A stretch of 64,000 bases of DNA from an uncultured Alphaproteobacteria bacterium (GTDB taxonomy: Bacteria; Pseudomonadota; Alphaproteobacteria; Micropepsales; Micropepsaceae). Position numbers and translations under genes: made by a program. The notes under the pieces are model-generated. The model saw only the letters and a program-made list of their open reading frames with translations. It did no database searches and was not told the DNA's origin. Shown piece after piece: positions 1 through 10,038 of the stretch. Numbering within the stretch: position 1 is the stretch's first letter; each line of letters begins with the position of its first letter. The stretch lies in contig CADECX010000006.1 of assembly GCA_902825865.1 (NCBI GenBank), positions 48,742 to 112,741 of the forward strand, read 5' to 3'.

Positions 1-2897
1 GGGCCTGCAGCAGCATCCGCTCATGCATCTCTTCAGCCGGCAGGCCGGTGATCTGGGAATCGCGGATGGTCGCCACCGCCTTGTCGGCCTTGTGGTCCAT
101 CAGATAAACGGCGGCCAGCTTGGTCGCGACCTGCGCCTTGGCGATGCCGTCCAAGCGCTTGTCGACCTGATAGGCCAACAGATTGGCGGCCGGTCCGAGC
201 AGGTCCACCGCCACCAGCCGGTCGGACATGCGGCGGATCATTTCATCGCCGTCCGGCCCGATCGGGGTGAGGTCGAGATTGTCGTAGAACAGCGCCAGCG
301 CATCCACCGGCTTCATCTTGTCGGCGCCGCCCTTGAGGAAGAGGTTGACGAAGGCGCCGCGCATATCGTCCTGCGCCACCCGTGCCGGGTCCTCGCCCTG
401 GAAACTTTGAGTCGCGACCCGCAAGGTCTTCAGGCCTTGGCGCCACTGGCCATGGCCGAAATAGAGCGAAGCCAGCTTGCGCAGGGTCTTGAGCTCCAAC
501 CCATCGCCGCGCCAGCGGAAACGCAGTCTTTCCAGCTGCTCGATGGCTTGCGGCGCGGTGACGGCGCTGGCATTCAAAGCCGCGACGGTGTGATGGAAAA
601 TCGCCTGCGAAGCCAGTCTTTCGTCGCCGCCCTTCTCCACCGCGATGAAGTGCTTGGTGGCGGCGGCATAACGATTTTGCCCCGCGAGCAGACGCGCTTG
701 CGCCAGTTCCACGGCCAGCGCCTGTTTGGGATCAAGCTCCTTGGGCATGCGATTGAGCGCGGAATCGGCAAGATCAAGACGGCCAAGGCCCAGTGCGGCT
801 TCGGCATCGGCGATGGTCGCGGCCGCTTGCCAGTAAGCGGGATAGCGCCCCATCACCGGACCGGCCTGCTCCAGATGGGCGTGTGCGTTTTTCCAATCCT
901 CGGTCTTGGCCTCGATCAGCCCGCGCCAGAAAGCGGCATGACGGTCGGAGTCAAAGCCTGAACCCGCCAGATTGTTGCGGGCGTCGCGGTTGCGGCCCAT
1001 CATATATTCGGCCACCGCGCGCATGGTGACCAGTTGGGCATCGCCCGCAAGGCCCGGATCATGGGCTTGCAGCAGGTTGAGCATGCCCAGGCTTTCCGCG
1101 GCATAACCGTTGGCGAGATAAAAGCGCGCCAGGGTCAGGCGCGCGGCGCCGGATTTTTGCCGTTCGGCGCGCGCCACCGCTTGGGCGAGCTTGCGTTCGG
1201 TGGCCAGAAAACTGCCGCCGCTTGCCTCGCCCCACTTGGCGAAATCCATATAGGAGGGACCGTCGCCGGAACGCGCCAGGGCCGAGGGCGTCTGCGCCAC
1301 CGGCATTTGCGGCGGGGTCAGCGACAGGCCCGACGGACGCGAGATCGAAACGCGCGCGGTATCGACAGTGACTTGCAGGTCGTCGGCATAAGGGGTGATC
1401 ACCAAGCCGCTGGCGGACGGCAAGGCGGCGAAGTCGGCGAAGCTGCGCATCTTGGGCACGCCGCGTCCCGGCTGGGCGGGAATGACGGTCAGAAGATCGC
1501 CGCCGGCCGGATCCATCAGCTTGAAGGCATGATCGGCGGCGGGAAGCAGGGTGGAAAGCGAAGCGCGCTTGGGATCGGATTGATTGCGGGCAAAGCCGAT
1601 CACCACCGGGGGCGGGGCGACGCTGGAAGCGATCTCCACCTCCAAATTGGGGCCAAGCCCGCGTGCCGCGATCTCGGCGGGAGCCTTCAAGGTGATCCGC
1701 AGAATGCCCAGACCATTGCTGGAAATCGCTTCAATGCCGGCGGCGAAATCGCCCAAGGAGGCCTTGAGATTGCGGGCGTCAAAGTTGGGCGCGTTTTCCA
1801 GCACCACCCAGGCGGTGAGGCCGCGCACGAACACCGCGCTGGCGCGGCCGCCCGCGCCCTTGAAGGTGATCATCACGCCGTCGCGCGTGCGCTTGCCGTC
1901 GGCGACCGGAATGTTTTCGACAGGCGCTTCGGCATGCGCCGGCTCAGCTGCGGCGGGCGGCGTCTTGTTTTCCGCGACCTTGGCTTCGGGTTTGGCTTCG
2001 GGCTTTGCTTCCGCCTTTACCTCGGCGGGTTTGGTCTCGCTTTTGTGCGGGTCCCCGGCCAGCTTGGCAGCGGTTTGCGCGATGGCTTGCGCCTGGGCGC
2101 TGCTCGCGCCCTTGGCGATCTTGGTGACGGTCGGCTTGCCGAGGCCGGGCGGCGCATAGGCTGCGGCGTCCGTCTTGGGCGCCAGAATGTCGATGGCGAC
2201 ATGGCTGCCGTCCTTGAAATCGTGATAACCGGAATCGGAATCGGTCTCGAATTCCACCACCGTGGAGTTGCCGTCGATGCGCCAGGACGCATTCTTCACC
2301 CAGGGCGGCGCGAAGCGCGCCAGGGCCGAAACATCGATCCGCGCCGGTGCGCCGAACCGCATCGTCATTTTTCCAGCGCCGGGATAGACCTGATAGGAAA
2401 CATCCTTGGGCCAGTCGAACACCAGGCGGGTGTACTTTTCGTAGGTGCCGGTGCGCAGCTTGATCTCCGGCAGGCTGGCGATATCCACCGGCTTGGCGAC
2501 AGGCTTGGGCGGCGTAACCAGGTCCGGCATCGTGCCGGTGAAATTGGCATCGGCAATGTCCACCACGGCGCGTTCGCCGATCTGGCTGACATGCAGCTTG
2601 ACCGGTTGCGTGAGGGTGAAGCGCAAGGTTTTGCCGTCGGCATCGGCGCGGCCACCGGTGATGAAGCGCGGCATCGCGCTGGTGATGGCGGCGGGCGCAA
2701 GCGTGGTCTTGGTGTCGAAGGCGATGGCCAATACGCCGCCGGTGGTGGTGGCGCTGATCTTGGATGCGGTGTTGAAGGAAAGGCGGCCGTAACCGTCCTG
2801 CATCGCGCCGCTCACACTGTCGGCGGCCCAAGCCGGCGCGCTGACACAAAGGGTCAGGGCGATGACCAAGCTGGGAATGGTGCGGATCGGCGTCAAG
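1..2897 (-). CDS. Large secreted TPR-like protein associated with the flagellar cluster (3' end runs off the window)
   Basis: Hand translation of the minus strand gives one uninterrupted frame from TTG at 2897 to base 1. GAAGGGG lies 7 nt upstream of the TTG, and the N-terminus LTPIRTIPSLVIALTLCVSAPAWA looks like a signal peptide. A Lys/Pro/Ala-rich linker (KPEAKPEAK) is followed by a helical-repeat-like C-terminal part. The CDS is absent from the ORF track because no stop lies inside the window. The + strand ORFs 23..961 and 1034..2938 are Arg/Gly-rich shadow frames. Confidence 0.7.
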
Positions 2898-2988
2898 AAA
2901 CAGCCCCTTCAGACTTCATAGTGGCGGGGCGGTGTTAACCTGTGGTTAAGCGTAATCGCCGCTCCAGGGACCGGACCCCTATTTCTTA

Positions 2989-3735
2989 CTAACCCTTTGG
3001 AGGAACTTGAGTTTCTGCTGTGGCAGCCGGGGCTTTGGCGACCGGCGCGGCTGCGGCAGGAGCGGCCGGAGCCGCGGCAGCGGCTTGGGCCGCGGGCGCG
3101 GCGGCAACGGGGGGCACCAGCGCATTGGCGGTCTCAGGCAAGGCCAGCTTGTTGGCCAGCCTCATCGTCAAATCCTTGGCGCTGTCGGAATTCATATTGG
3201 CCATCACCAGCGCCAGCACATCCGACTTCATGTCATGCGCCACCGGCACCAGCACGGACTCCGGCAGGCTGTTGAAGATGCGGGCCGCGTCCTTGGGCTT
3301 CATGGTGGAGTAGGTCTTCACCAGCGAGGCGATCTGGGCCTTCTGGGCATCGTCATGCTGCACCAGCAGAGCGTTGATCTGGGCCTGCAATTGCTTGAGC
3401 TGGGCGATCTTGGAATCGACCCGCGCTTCGGCGGCGGTGATCATATTGGCCTGGATGGCGAGCTGGGAATCGCGCGCATCCAATTCGCGGCGGCGCTTGG
3501 AAAGGCTGTTGACGACATCGACTTCGCTGGCGCTGGCGACTTGATCGTCCTCGCCGCCGGCATAGTCCTTGTTGGAAGGAACCGGGTCCTTGGTCAGGGC
3601 CGCGGTCTGATGACCGCCCGCCTCGGCATAGGCCGTGCGCACCAGATCGGTGGTCCTGAGCGCAAACACCACCGCGCCAAGCGCGACAACGCTGGGCAGC
3701 AAACGGGTCAAACGGCTTCTCTTGGACGTGTTCAT
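2989..3735 (-). CDS. MotE/FlbB-like flagellar protein (membrane anchor, coiled coil, Ala/Pro-rich tail)
   Basis: Starts at the internal ATG at 3735 of track ORF 2989..4071 (MNTSKRSRLTRLLPSVVALGAVVFAL...). The first ~112 codons of the track ORF are Arg/Gly-rich and overlap the upstream gene. An ATGA start/stop overlap links it to the upstream CDS, and it sits in flagellar context. Confidence 0.6.
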   Translation of the reverse strand: MNTSKRSRLTRLLPSVVALGAVVFALRTTDLVRTAYAEAGGHQTAALTKDPVPSNKDYAGGEDDQVASASEVDVVNSLSKRRRELDARDSQLAIQANMITAAEARVDSKIAQLKQLQAQINALLVQHDDAQKAQIASLVKTYSTMKPKDAARIFNSLPESVLVPVAHDMKSDVLALVMANMNSDSAKDLTMRLANKLALPETANALVPPVAAAPAAQAAAAAPAAPAAAAPVAKAPAATAETQVPPKG

Positions 3736-4109
3736 GAAACGTGCCGTCCCAAACGGCTCATGATGGAGGTGGAAGGAAGCGGCATGTCGGGAATTTCCTT
3801 GGCGATGCGGGGTGCTTCCGCCGCGCTTTCCATGCGTTGGGCGATGCGTTCGCCCGACGCGGTGAGAACCGAGAGCTCGTCGATATGCAGGCGGGCCCGC
3901 TTCAGCCGCTCGTCCAGGGTCTGGGCGGCTTCGCCCGCCGCCGCCTTCAGCGCCCGCAGCGAGGCGCCGGCGCCCGAAATCGCCATATTGAGTTCGCCGA
4001 TGGTGCGCGACAGGCCTTCTTGGCCCTTGCGCACGGCGGCCAGCCGCCGCTCTAGGATCACGCAGTAACACAAGGTCAGGGCCAGCAAAATTTCCAGGCC
4101 CAGTTCCAT
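3732..4109 (-). CDS. Small membrane-anchored coiled-coil protein of the flagellar cluster (DUF6468-like, tentative)
   Basis: Starts at the internal ATG at 4109 of ORF 3732..4208 (MELGLEILLALTLCYCVILERRLAAVRKGQ...). It has an N-terminal TM helix and lies between fliM and the motE-like gene on the same strand. Confidence 0.55.
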   Translation of the reverse strand: MELGLEILLALTLCYCVILERRLAAVRKGQEGLSRTIGELNMAISGAGASLRALKAAAGEAAQTLDERLKRARLHIDELSVLTASGERIAQRMESAAEAPRIAKEIPDMPLPSTSIMSRLGRHVS

Positions 4110-4167
4110 ATAGAAGGTCAGAGAAGCAGGAATGGTCACGGTTGTATCTCTCTTCGAAAAAATGAAA

Positions 4168-5226
4168 TTACAGGTGACGCGATGCATCCGTGCGTTCGAT
4201 GGCGTCATCGACGCGGACGGCGACCGAGGAGCCGACGCGGCCCATGCGGCCGGTCAAAAGCGGCACGCCCCGGCAGCGCAGTTCGATCTTGGAGTCGGGA
4301 CCGGCGTTCAGCATCATGGTCTGGCCGACTTCCAGGTTCATCACCTGGTTCAGGGGCATGGTCTGTTCGTCCAGGATGGCTTCGATATCGATCTTGGTGG
4401 ACCACAATTCGGTCGCCAGATGGCTTTCCCAGATCGAGTCGCGGCCGAATTTTTCGCCCATGAACTGCTGCAGCAAGAGCTTGCGGATCGGCTCCAAAGT
4501 GGCGTAGGGCAGCAGCAATTCGGTGCGTCCGCCACGGTCTTCCATGTCGATGCGCAGCTTGACCAGAATGGCGGCATTGGCGGGGCGGGCGATGGCCGCG
4601 AAGCGCGGATTTGTCTCCAGGCGGTCCAGGCTGAAATTGACCGGCGCCAGGGGTTCGAAGGCGGCGCACATGTCCTGCAGGATCACTTCGATCATGCGCT
4701 GAACCAGGGTGCGCTCAATGGTGGTGTAGGGGCGGCCCTCGATGCGCATCGCCGAGGAACCGCGGCGGCCGCCCAAAAGCACGTCCACAATGGAGTAAAT
4801 GAGATTGGAGTCGACCGTGAAAAGCCCGTAATTGTCGAGCTCGGTGGCGTGGAATACCGCCAGGATCGCGGGCAAGGGAATGGAATTGAGATAGTCGCCA
4901 AAGCGGATCGAGGTGATCGAATCCAGGCTGACTTCGACATTGTCGCTGGTGAAATTGCGCAAGCTGGTGGTCATCAACCGCACCAGGCGATCAAAGACGA
5001 TTTCCAGCATCGGCAGGCGTTCGTAAGACACGAGGGCCGAATTGATGATGGCGCGAACGCCCGACTTGTCCTGAACCTGGTCGGTATTGCCGTCGAAACC
5101 CAACAGGGAATCGATTTCTTCCTGATTCAAGACCCGGTCCGCGCCTGCGGCGCCCTCGGGCGGCGTCTCAGGGGCCGCCGCCGCATCGGGAGCGGCTTCG
5201 TCGGTCGGGGGGATTTCGTCAGCCAT
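4168..5226 (-). CDS. fliM: Flagellar motor switch protein FliM
   Basis: The 352-aa translation has typical FliM blocks: LNQEEIDSLLGF near the N-terminus, LPMLEIVFDRL, and a C-terminal SpoA-like region MNLEVGQTMMLN. Confidence 0.93.
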   Translation of the reverse strand: MADEIPPTDEAAPDAAAAPETPPEGAAGADRVLNQEEIDSLLGFDGNTDQVQDKSGVRAIINSALVSYERLPMLEIVFDRLVRLMTTSLRNFTSDNVEVSLDSITSIRFGDYLNSIPLPAILAVFHATELDNYGLFTVDSNLIYSIVDVLLGGRRGSSAMRIEGRPYTTIERTLVQRMIEVILQDMCAAFEPLAPVNFSLDRLETNPRFAAIARPANAAILVKLRIDMEDRGGRTELLLPYATLEPIRKLLLQQFMGEKFGRDSIWESHLATELWSTKIDIEAILDEQTMPLNQVMNLEVGQTMMLNAGPDSKIELRCRGVPLLTGRMGRVGSSVAVRVDDAIERTDASRHL

Positions 5227-5270
5227 TGCGCTTTATTCCTGAATCTCTGCCGTCACTTGAGCAATTACGC

Positions 5271-5819
5271 CTACTGAATGATCATTTCCTTGAGCAGCAC
5301 GTCGCGCACTTTATAAGGTGCGGCCGCCACATTGACGCGGCGCAGCAGCTCTTCCTTCAGGCGCAACACGCCGGCCGAACCCTTGAGATCGTCGAGCCGA
5401 AGTTCGCGCAAGTAAGCCTGGAATTGATCGGTGATGCGCGGCATCAGGGGTTCCAGCGCCGCCTTTTGCTCTTCGTCTTCCAGTTCCAGCGAGACGCCCA
5501 GCTTGAGATAGGCGGGGGTGCCGTCGCTGCTCTGAATATTGACCAGAATGTCCTGCATGTCGCTGAAAGCGACTTTGGGCGGGGTCAGCGGCACTTCTTC
5601 TTCATGCTTGGCCTCGTGGGTTTCGGCCGACTTGAAGAGGAAGAAATAGGCGCCCGCGCCGCCGCCACCCAGCACCAGAACCAGGGCCGGAACGGCGATC
5701 ATTAGGATTTTCTTGGTGAGAAACTTACGAAAACCTTTCTTCGGCGCGGCTTCCGCGCCTTCGCCTTCCGGCTTTTCGCCTTCGGCTTCGGCTTCGGGCG
5801 CTTTCTCTTTCTTGGCCAT
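5271..5819 (-). CDS. fliL: Flagellar basal body-associated protein FliL
   Basis: Starts at the ATG at 5819 (MAKKEKAPEAE...). It has a single TM helix and then the FliL-type core (VNIQSSDGTPAYLKLGVSLE...ITDQFQAYLRELRLDDLKG). It lies directly upstream of fliM. Confidence 0.88.
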   Translation of the reverse strand: MAKKEKAPEAEAEGEKPEGEGAEAAPKKGFRKFLTKKILMIAVPALVLVLGGGGAGAYFFLFKSAETHEAKHEEEVPLTPPKVAFSDMQDILVNIQSSDGTPAYLKLGVSLELEDEEQKAALEPLMPRITDQFQAYLRELRLDDLKGSAGVLRLKEELLRRVNVAAAPYKVRDVLLKEMIIQ

Positions 5820-5867
5820 GAACGGTCTTCCGCAATTTCTTTGCGGGCTCAACCTAAGCAAACGTGG

Positions 5868-5882
5868 TTAAGGAGTGGTTCA
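5868..5882. promoter_or_regulatory. Near-consensus CtrA-type box (TTAA-N7-TTCA) in the fliL/flgF divergent region
   Basis: The sequence TTAAGGAGTGGTTCA has one mismatch to TTAA-N7-TTAA. On the minus strand it also reads TTAACCAC, a 7/8 match to the TTAACCAT half-site. Confidence 0.3.
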
Positions 5883-5973
5883 AATTGCCGGGTCGGGCGG
5901 CAATGACCCGGCAAGTTTTTCCGATAGCGAAATTCGGCCCGCAGAAAACCCAATGAATCCGGGCACTATTCGC

Positions 5974-5989
5974 TGGCACGGCGGCTGCA
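5974..5989 (+). promoter_or_regulatory. Sigma-54 (-24/-12) type promoter upstream of flgF
   Basis: TGGCACGGCGGCTGCA fits the GG-N10-GC spacing of TGGCAC-N5-TTGCA. It lies about 38 nt upstream of the flgF ATG. Confidence 0.5.
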
Positions 5990-6026
5990 AAACATCCCGT
6001 GTCGGACCAGAAAGGATCCGCCGGCC

Positions 6027-6779
6027 ATGGATAATTCACTTCTTGTTAGTCTTTCGCATCAGCTCGCCTCTTACCGGGCGATGGACGTGATCGCGAACAA
6101 TATCGCCAATGCCTCGACGCCGGGTTTCAAGCGCGAGGCCGCGAAATTCGAGGAATTCGTCGCCATGATGCGGCCCGCCGAAGGCCAGACCGGCTTGCAG
6201 CCGGTCAGCTTCGTCAAGGACGCCGGCATCATGCGTGACTCCAGTCAGGGCAATATCGAGCAAACCGGCGCCACTTATGATGTCGCCATTGTGGGCCAGG
6301 GCTTTTTCGCGGTGCAGACCCCAACCGGCCTGCGTTACACCCGCGACGGCCATTTCTCGCTGGACAATAACGGCAATCTGGTGACCAGCCAGGGCCATCA
6401 AGTCCAGGGTGACGGCGGCCCGATCCTGATCACGCCCAATGACGGCGAAATCAATATTGCGCCCGACGGCACGATTTCCAGCGTCGTCAACGGCATCGGC
6501 AATCAGCTGGCCAAGTTGAAGGTGGTGGAATTCCCCAATCCCAGCGCCATGACCAAGCTCGGCGCCAACCTCTATTCCACCACCCAGCCCGCGACCACTT
6601 CCACCACGGCAACCGTGCGTCAAGGCACATTGGAAGCCTCCAATGTCCAGCCCATTATCGAGATCAGCCATATGATCGAGGTGATGCGGGCCTATGAGGC
6701 GACCGCCAGCCTGAGCAAATCCCAAGAAGACATGATGCGCCAAGCGATCAATCAGCTTGGTCGTATGCCGAACGCATAA
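6027..6779 (+). CDS. flgF: Flagellar basal-body rod protein FlgF
   Basis: The N-terminal rod-protein motif is ANNIANASTPGFKR. The C-terminal motif is LEASNVQPIIEISHMIEVMRAYEA. The gene precedes flgG. Confidence 0.9.
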   Translation: MDNSLLVSLSHQLASYRAMDVIANNIANASTPGFKREAAKFEEFVAMMRPAEGQTGLQPVSFVKDAGIMRDSSQGNIEQTGATYDVAIVGQGFFAVQTPTGLRYTRDGHFSLDNNGNLVTSQGHQVQGDGGPILITPNDGEINIAPDGTISSVVNGIGNQLAKLKVVEFPNPSAMTKLGANLYSTTQPATTSTTATVRQGTLEASNVQPIIEISHMIEVMRAYEATASLSKSQEDMMRQAINQLGRMPNA

Positions 6780-6791
6780 GGAGACACGATC

Positions 6792-7580
6792 ATGCGCGCC
6801 CTTTCCATCGCCTCGACCGGCATGTTGGCCCAGCAGACCAACGTCGAAGTGATCGCCAACAATCTGGCGAACATGAACACGACGGCTTTCAAGCTGCAGC
6901 GGGCCGAATTCGCCGATCTGCTGTATCAGAACATCCAGACCCCCGGCTCGCAGACCTCGGATCAGGGCACCTATGCCCCCAACGGCATCCAGCTGGGCGC
7001 CGGTGTGCGCACCGCCGCCGTCTATCGCGTCACCACCCAGGGCGACCTCAAATCGACCGGCAATCCCTATGACGTCGCCATTCAGGGCGCGGGCTTCTTC
7101 CGCGTGCAGCAGGCCGACGGCACCGATGCCTATACCCGCTCGGGCAATTTCTCGCTGAGCCCCCAGGGACAGCTAGTCACGCAGGACGGGTTGGTGATCC
7201 AGCCCGGCATCGCCATTCCGCAGAACACCATCTCCGTGACCATCAACAATCAGGGCCAGGTCAACGCCACGGTGGCCGGCAGCGCCACGCCCCAGACGGT
7301 GGGACAGTTGGAACTGACGCGGTTTCCCAACGACGGCGGACTGAATGCCATCGGTAACAATCTTTATCTGGAAACCCCCGGTTCAGGCTCGCCCCAGGCA
7401 GGTGTTCCCGGCTCGACCGGCTACGGCACTATTCAGCAGAACTTCCTGGAGACCTCCAACGTCAACTCGGTGGACGAGATCACCTCGCTGATCACCGCCC
7501 AGCGCGCCTATGAAATGAATTCCAAGGTCATCTCGGCGGCCGACCAGATGCTGCAGGCCGCCGCCCGGTTGGGGAGCTAG
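6792..7580 (+). CDS. flgG: Flagellar basal-body distal rod protein FlgG
   Basis: The 262-aa translation has the FlgG signatures MRALSIASTGMLAQQTNVEVIANNLANMNTTAFK and LETSNVNSVDEITSLITAQRAYEMNSK. Confidence 0.95.
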   Translation: MRALSIASTGMLAQQTNVEVIANNLANMNTTAFKLQRAEFADLLYQNIQTPGSQTSDQGTYAPNGIQLGAGVRTAAVYRVTTQGDLKSTGNPYDVAIQGAGFFRVQQADGTDAYTRSGNFSLSPQGQLVTQDGLVIQPGIAIPQNTISVTINNQGQVNATVAGSATPQTVGQLELTRFPNDGGLNAIGNNLYLETPGSGSPQAGVPGSTGYGTIQQNFLETSNVNSVDEITSLITAQRAYEMNSKVISAADQMLQAAARLGS

Positions 7581-7581
7581 G

Positions 7582-8085
7582 ATGATGCGTAAGATATTCG
7601 CCACTCTCGGTCTGTTCGCGATCTTGCCGGCGCTGATCTTGGCGAGCGGTTCGGCTTTCGCCGGCACGGTGCGCATTGTGGTGCCGTCGCACGACATCGC
7701 CCGCGGCGAGACCATCAACGAAGGCGATCTTACCTTCGTCACGGTGGACGGTTCGGCCCTTATGTCGGGCGTGCCCACCAAAATGGATGAGGTCAAGGGC
7801 ATGCAGTCCCGCCGCATGCTTGTCGCCGGCCAGCCCTTCCGCGCCGACGATGTGCGCCGTCCCATTGTCGTCACCAAGGGCCAGACCGTCACCATGCAGT
7901 TCCTCGCTCCCGGCGTCGAACTGACGGCGATGGGCCGCGCCATGAGCGAAGGCGGCGTCGGCGACACCGTCACCATCCAGAACCCGATTTCTTACCGCAT
8001 GATCGCGGGAACCATTGTCGCGCCCGGCACGGTGCGCGCCACCGGCCCGATCAATGCACCCGTCAACAGAATTGCCCGCCGTTAA
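7582..8085 (+). CDS. flgA: Flagellar P-ring assembly chaperone FlgA
   Basis: It has a signal peptide, an SAF-like region and a C-terminal GDTVTIQNP motif. The start is immediately after the flgG stop. Confidence 0.8.
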   Translation: MMRKIFATLGLFAILPALILASGSAFAGTVRIVVPSHDIARGETINEGDLTFVTVDGSALMSGVPTKMDEVKGMQSRRMLVAGQPFRADDVRRPIVVTKGQTVTMQFLAPGVELTAMGRAMSEGGVGDTVTIQNPISYRMIAGTIVAPGTVRATGPINAPVNRIARR

Positions 8086-8100
8086 GCGATAGGATCTGCC

Positions 8101-8829
8101 ATGCGTAATATGCTCTCGAAAATTTCCGTCCTGCTCCTGACCGGCACCGCTTTGTCGGCCTGCTCGGCGATAGACCGGATTGAAAATATCGGCGAAGCCC
8201 CCAGGCTTGCGGCGGTGGGAAATCCCGCCGGCCAGCAGATCGTGGCGGCAATTCCCCGTCCCGCGCCGATCACCCATGTCAACAATTCGCTATGGCAGCC
8301 CGGTGCGATGAGTTTCTTCCATGATCCGCGCGCCATGCATGTCGGCGATGTGATCACGGTGAATGTGTCGGTGACCGACACCGCCAAGATGCAGAACAGC
8401 ACGTCGCGCAGCCGCACCAATTCCGAAAATGCCAGCCTGGACAATCTGCTCGGCCTGGAGAAAGTGCTGCCCGGCATCGGCATGGATCCCTCCAGCCTGG
8501 TCAAGATGGGTTCGGACAACTCCAATGTCGGCACCGGCTCGATCGCCCGTGCCGAAAACATCAGCATGACCTTGGCGGCGCTGGTCGCGCAGGTTCTGCC
8601 CAACGGCAATCTGGTGATCGACGGCCATCAGCAGGTGCGGGTGAACAACGAACTGCGCGACTTGCGCCTGTCGGGTATCGTGCGCCGCGAGGACATCACC
8701 CAGGACAATACCGTCAACCTGTCGCAGATCGCGGAAGCTCGCGTCACCTATGGCGGCCAAGGTACCGTGAGCGATGTGCAGCAGCCGCGCTATGGCTCGC
8801 AGCTGCTCGATATCGTACTGCCCTGGTAA
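8101..8829 (+). CDS. flgH: Flagellar L-ring lipoprotein FlgH
   Basis: It has a lipobox (LSAC) and FlgH core blocks (GDVITVNVSV, LVIDGHQQVRVNNE, ITQDNTV). Confidence 0.92.
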   Translation: MRNMLSKISVLLLTGTALSACSAIDRIENIGEAPRLAAVGNPAGQQIVAAIPRPAPITHVNNSLWQPGAMSFFHDPRAMHVGDVITVNVSVTDTAKMQNSTSRSRTNSENASLDNLLGLEKVLPGIGMDPSSLVKMGSDNSNVGTGSIARAENISMTLAALVAQVLPNGNLVIDGHQQVRVNNELRDLRLSGIVRREDITQDNTVNLSQIAEARVTYGGQGTVSDVQQPRYGSQLLDIVLPW

Positions 8830-8942
8830 AGCCGCCGCGGGTTCAACCGTAGAAAGCCAAGCCGCCGGCATGCACCTTGTGCGTGTAGGGGCTTGGCTCT
8901 ACTGTTCCGCATGTTGAGATCGCTCTTAGCCCCGGCCTTGCC

Positions 8943-9944
8943 TTGATCGCCCCCCGCGTGGCGATCGTAACGACGCTGCGCGACGCCGGCGGTACGTTGG
9001 ACTCCTTCGTCGCCTATCATCTGCACCACGGTTTCGCGCATCTGTTTCTGTTTTTCGACGATCCTTTGGACCCGGGGCTGGAACGCTTCGCGCAGCATCC
9101 GAAGGTCACGGCAATTCCCCATGACAGCCATCTGCGCCGGCTCTGGGCCGGTCTGCCCGAATATCGCACCGGCGGCGAATTCATGGATAGTGAAGTCATG
9201 GCGCGTCAGGTCTTCAATGCCGCGCTGGCGATGGATTGGGCGCGGCAAAAGCAGTGCGACTGGCTGCTGCACATTGATGCCGATGAACTGTTTTTCACGC
9301 CCCGGCAATCAGCAATGGGGCATTTCTCCGAAAGTCACGCATCGGCGGCCGACACGATCCGCTACCAGAATTTTGAATGTGTGCCCGAGAGAGATGATAT
9401 CGCCGACGCCTTTCGCGAAGTGACCCTGTTCAAGGTTCCGTCGGAGCTGGAAACAGAGCCGGTCGGGGATGATGGCCGCGCTCTGCTTGAGAATACGCCC
9501 CAGATTCCGTCCAAGAGGTTTCACTTTTATCGCAACGGCAAGTCCGCGGTGCGGCTAAGCGCTCCGGGCTTGCGGCCAAGCGGCGTGCACAAATTCGTCA
9601 ACCCGAATGGTGAGACGCGCGCCGTACGTGCGCGGGGCGCATTCATCCTGCACTATGCCTGCAGCGGCTTCGAGGCCTTCTGGCAGAAGTATGTAACCCT
9701 GGGCCGGTTTGCGGATCAGTGGCTCAGTACCTACGATATTCGCTCGGCGATTGGTCCTTTGCATCTGGATGCGCGGGACGTCGTGGCGACCGGCGACCGC
9801 GAGGCGGCCCGGGTGTTTTATCGTGAGCGAATCGCGATTGAGGACATTGAACGGGTCCGTCAGCTGATCCTGTGCGGAATCCTTACGCGCATCCCCGAAC
9901 CGGGGGAATTGCTGGAACGCATTGCGCTGTTGTTGACAATCTGA
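8943..9944 (+). CDS. Glycosyltransferase, GT2/GT92-like (Glyco_tranf_2_4-type fold)
   Basis: TTG start. The N-terminus VAIVTTLRDAGGTLDSFVAYHLHHGFAHLFLFFDD and the DxD-like HIDADE are typical of this family. There is no signal peptide. The gene is convergent with dksA. Confidence 0.65.
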   Translation: MIAPRVAIVTTLRDAGGTLDSFVAYHLHHGFAHLFLFFDDPLDPGLERFAQHPKVTAIPHDSHLRRLWAGLPEYRTGGEFMDSEVMARQVFNAALAMDWARQKQCDWLLHIDADELFFTPRQSAMGHFSESHASAADTIRYQNFECVPERDDIADAFREVTLFKVPSELETEPVGDDGRALLENTPQIPSKRFHFYRNGKSAVRLSAPGLRPSGVHKFVNPNGETRAVRARGAFILHYACSGFEAFWQKYVTLGRFADQWLSTYDIRSAIGPLHLDARDVVATGDREAARVFYRERIAIEDIERVRQLILCGILTRIPEPGELLERIALLLTI

Positions 9945-9953
9945 CGTGCGGCC

Positions 9954-9985
9954 TAATCGTCGCGATAAACTTTTTCGCGCCGCCC
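9954..9985 (-). repeat. Relic copy of the dksA 3' end (last ~9 codons plus a stop)
   Basis: The minus-strand sequence cggcgcgaaaaagtttatcgcgacgattag reads RREKVYRDD*. This is identical in protein to the true dksA end at 10039..10068. The two copies differ only at third codon positions and in the stop codon. Confidence 0.7.
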
Positions 9986-10038
9986 CGCCGCGCGTCGCGC
10001 GGCAACCAAAAATGGAACGGCGCGATGTCTAGTGTCCG

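Noticed and set aside
8840-8905. A hairpin (GTAGAAAGCCAAGCC...GGCTTGGCTCTAC) after flgH, considered as a terminator.
   Set aside because: The loop is 25 nt and there is no T-run. This is insufficient for an intrinsic terminator call.
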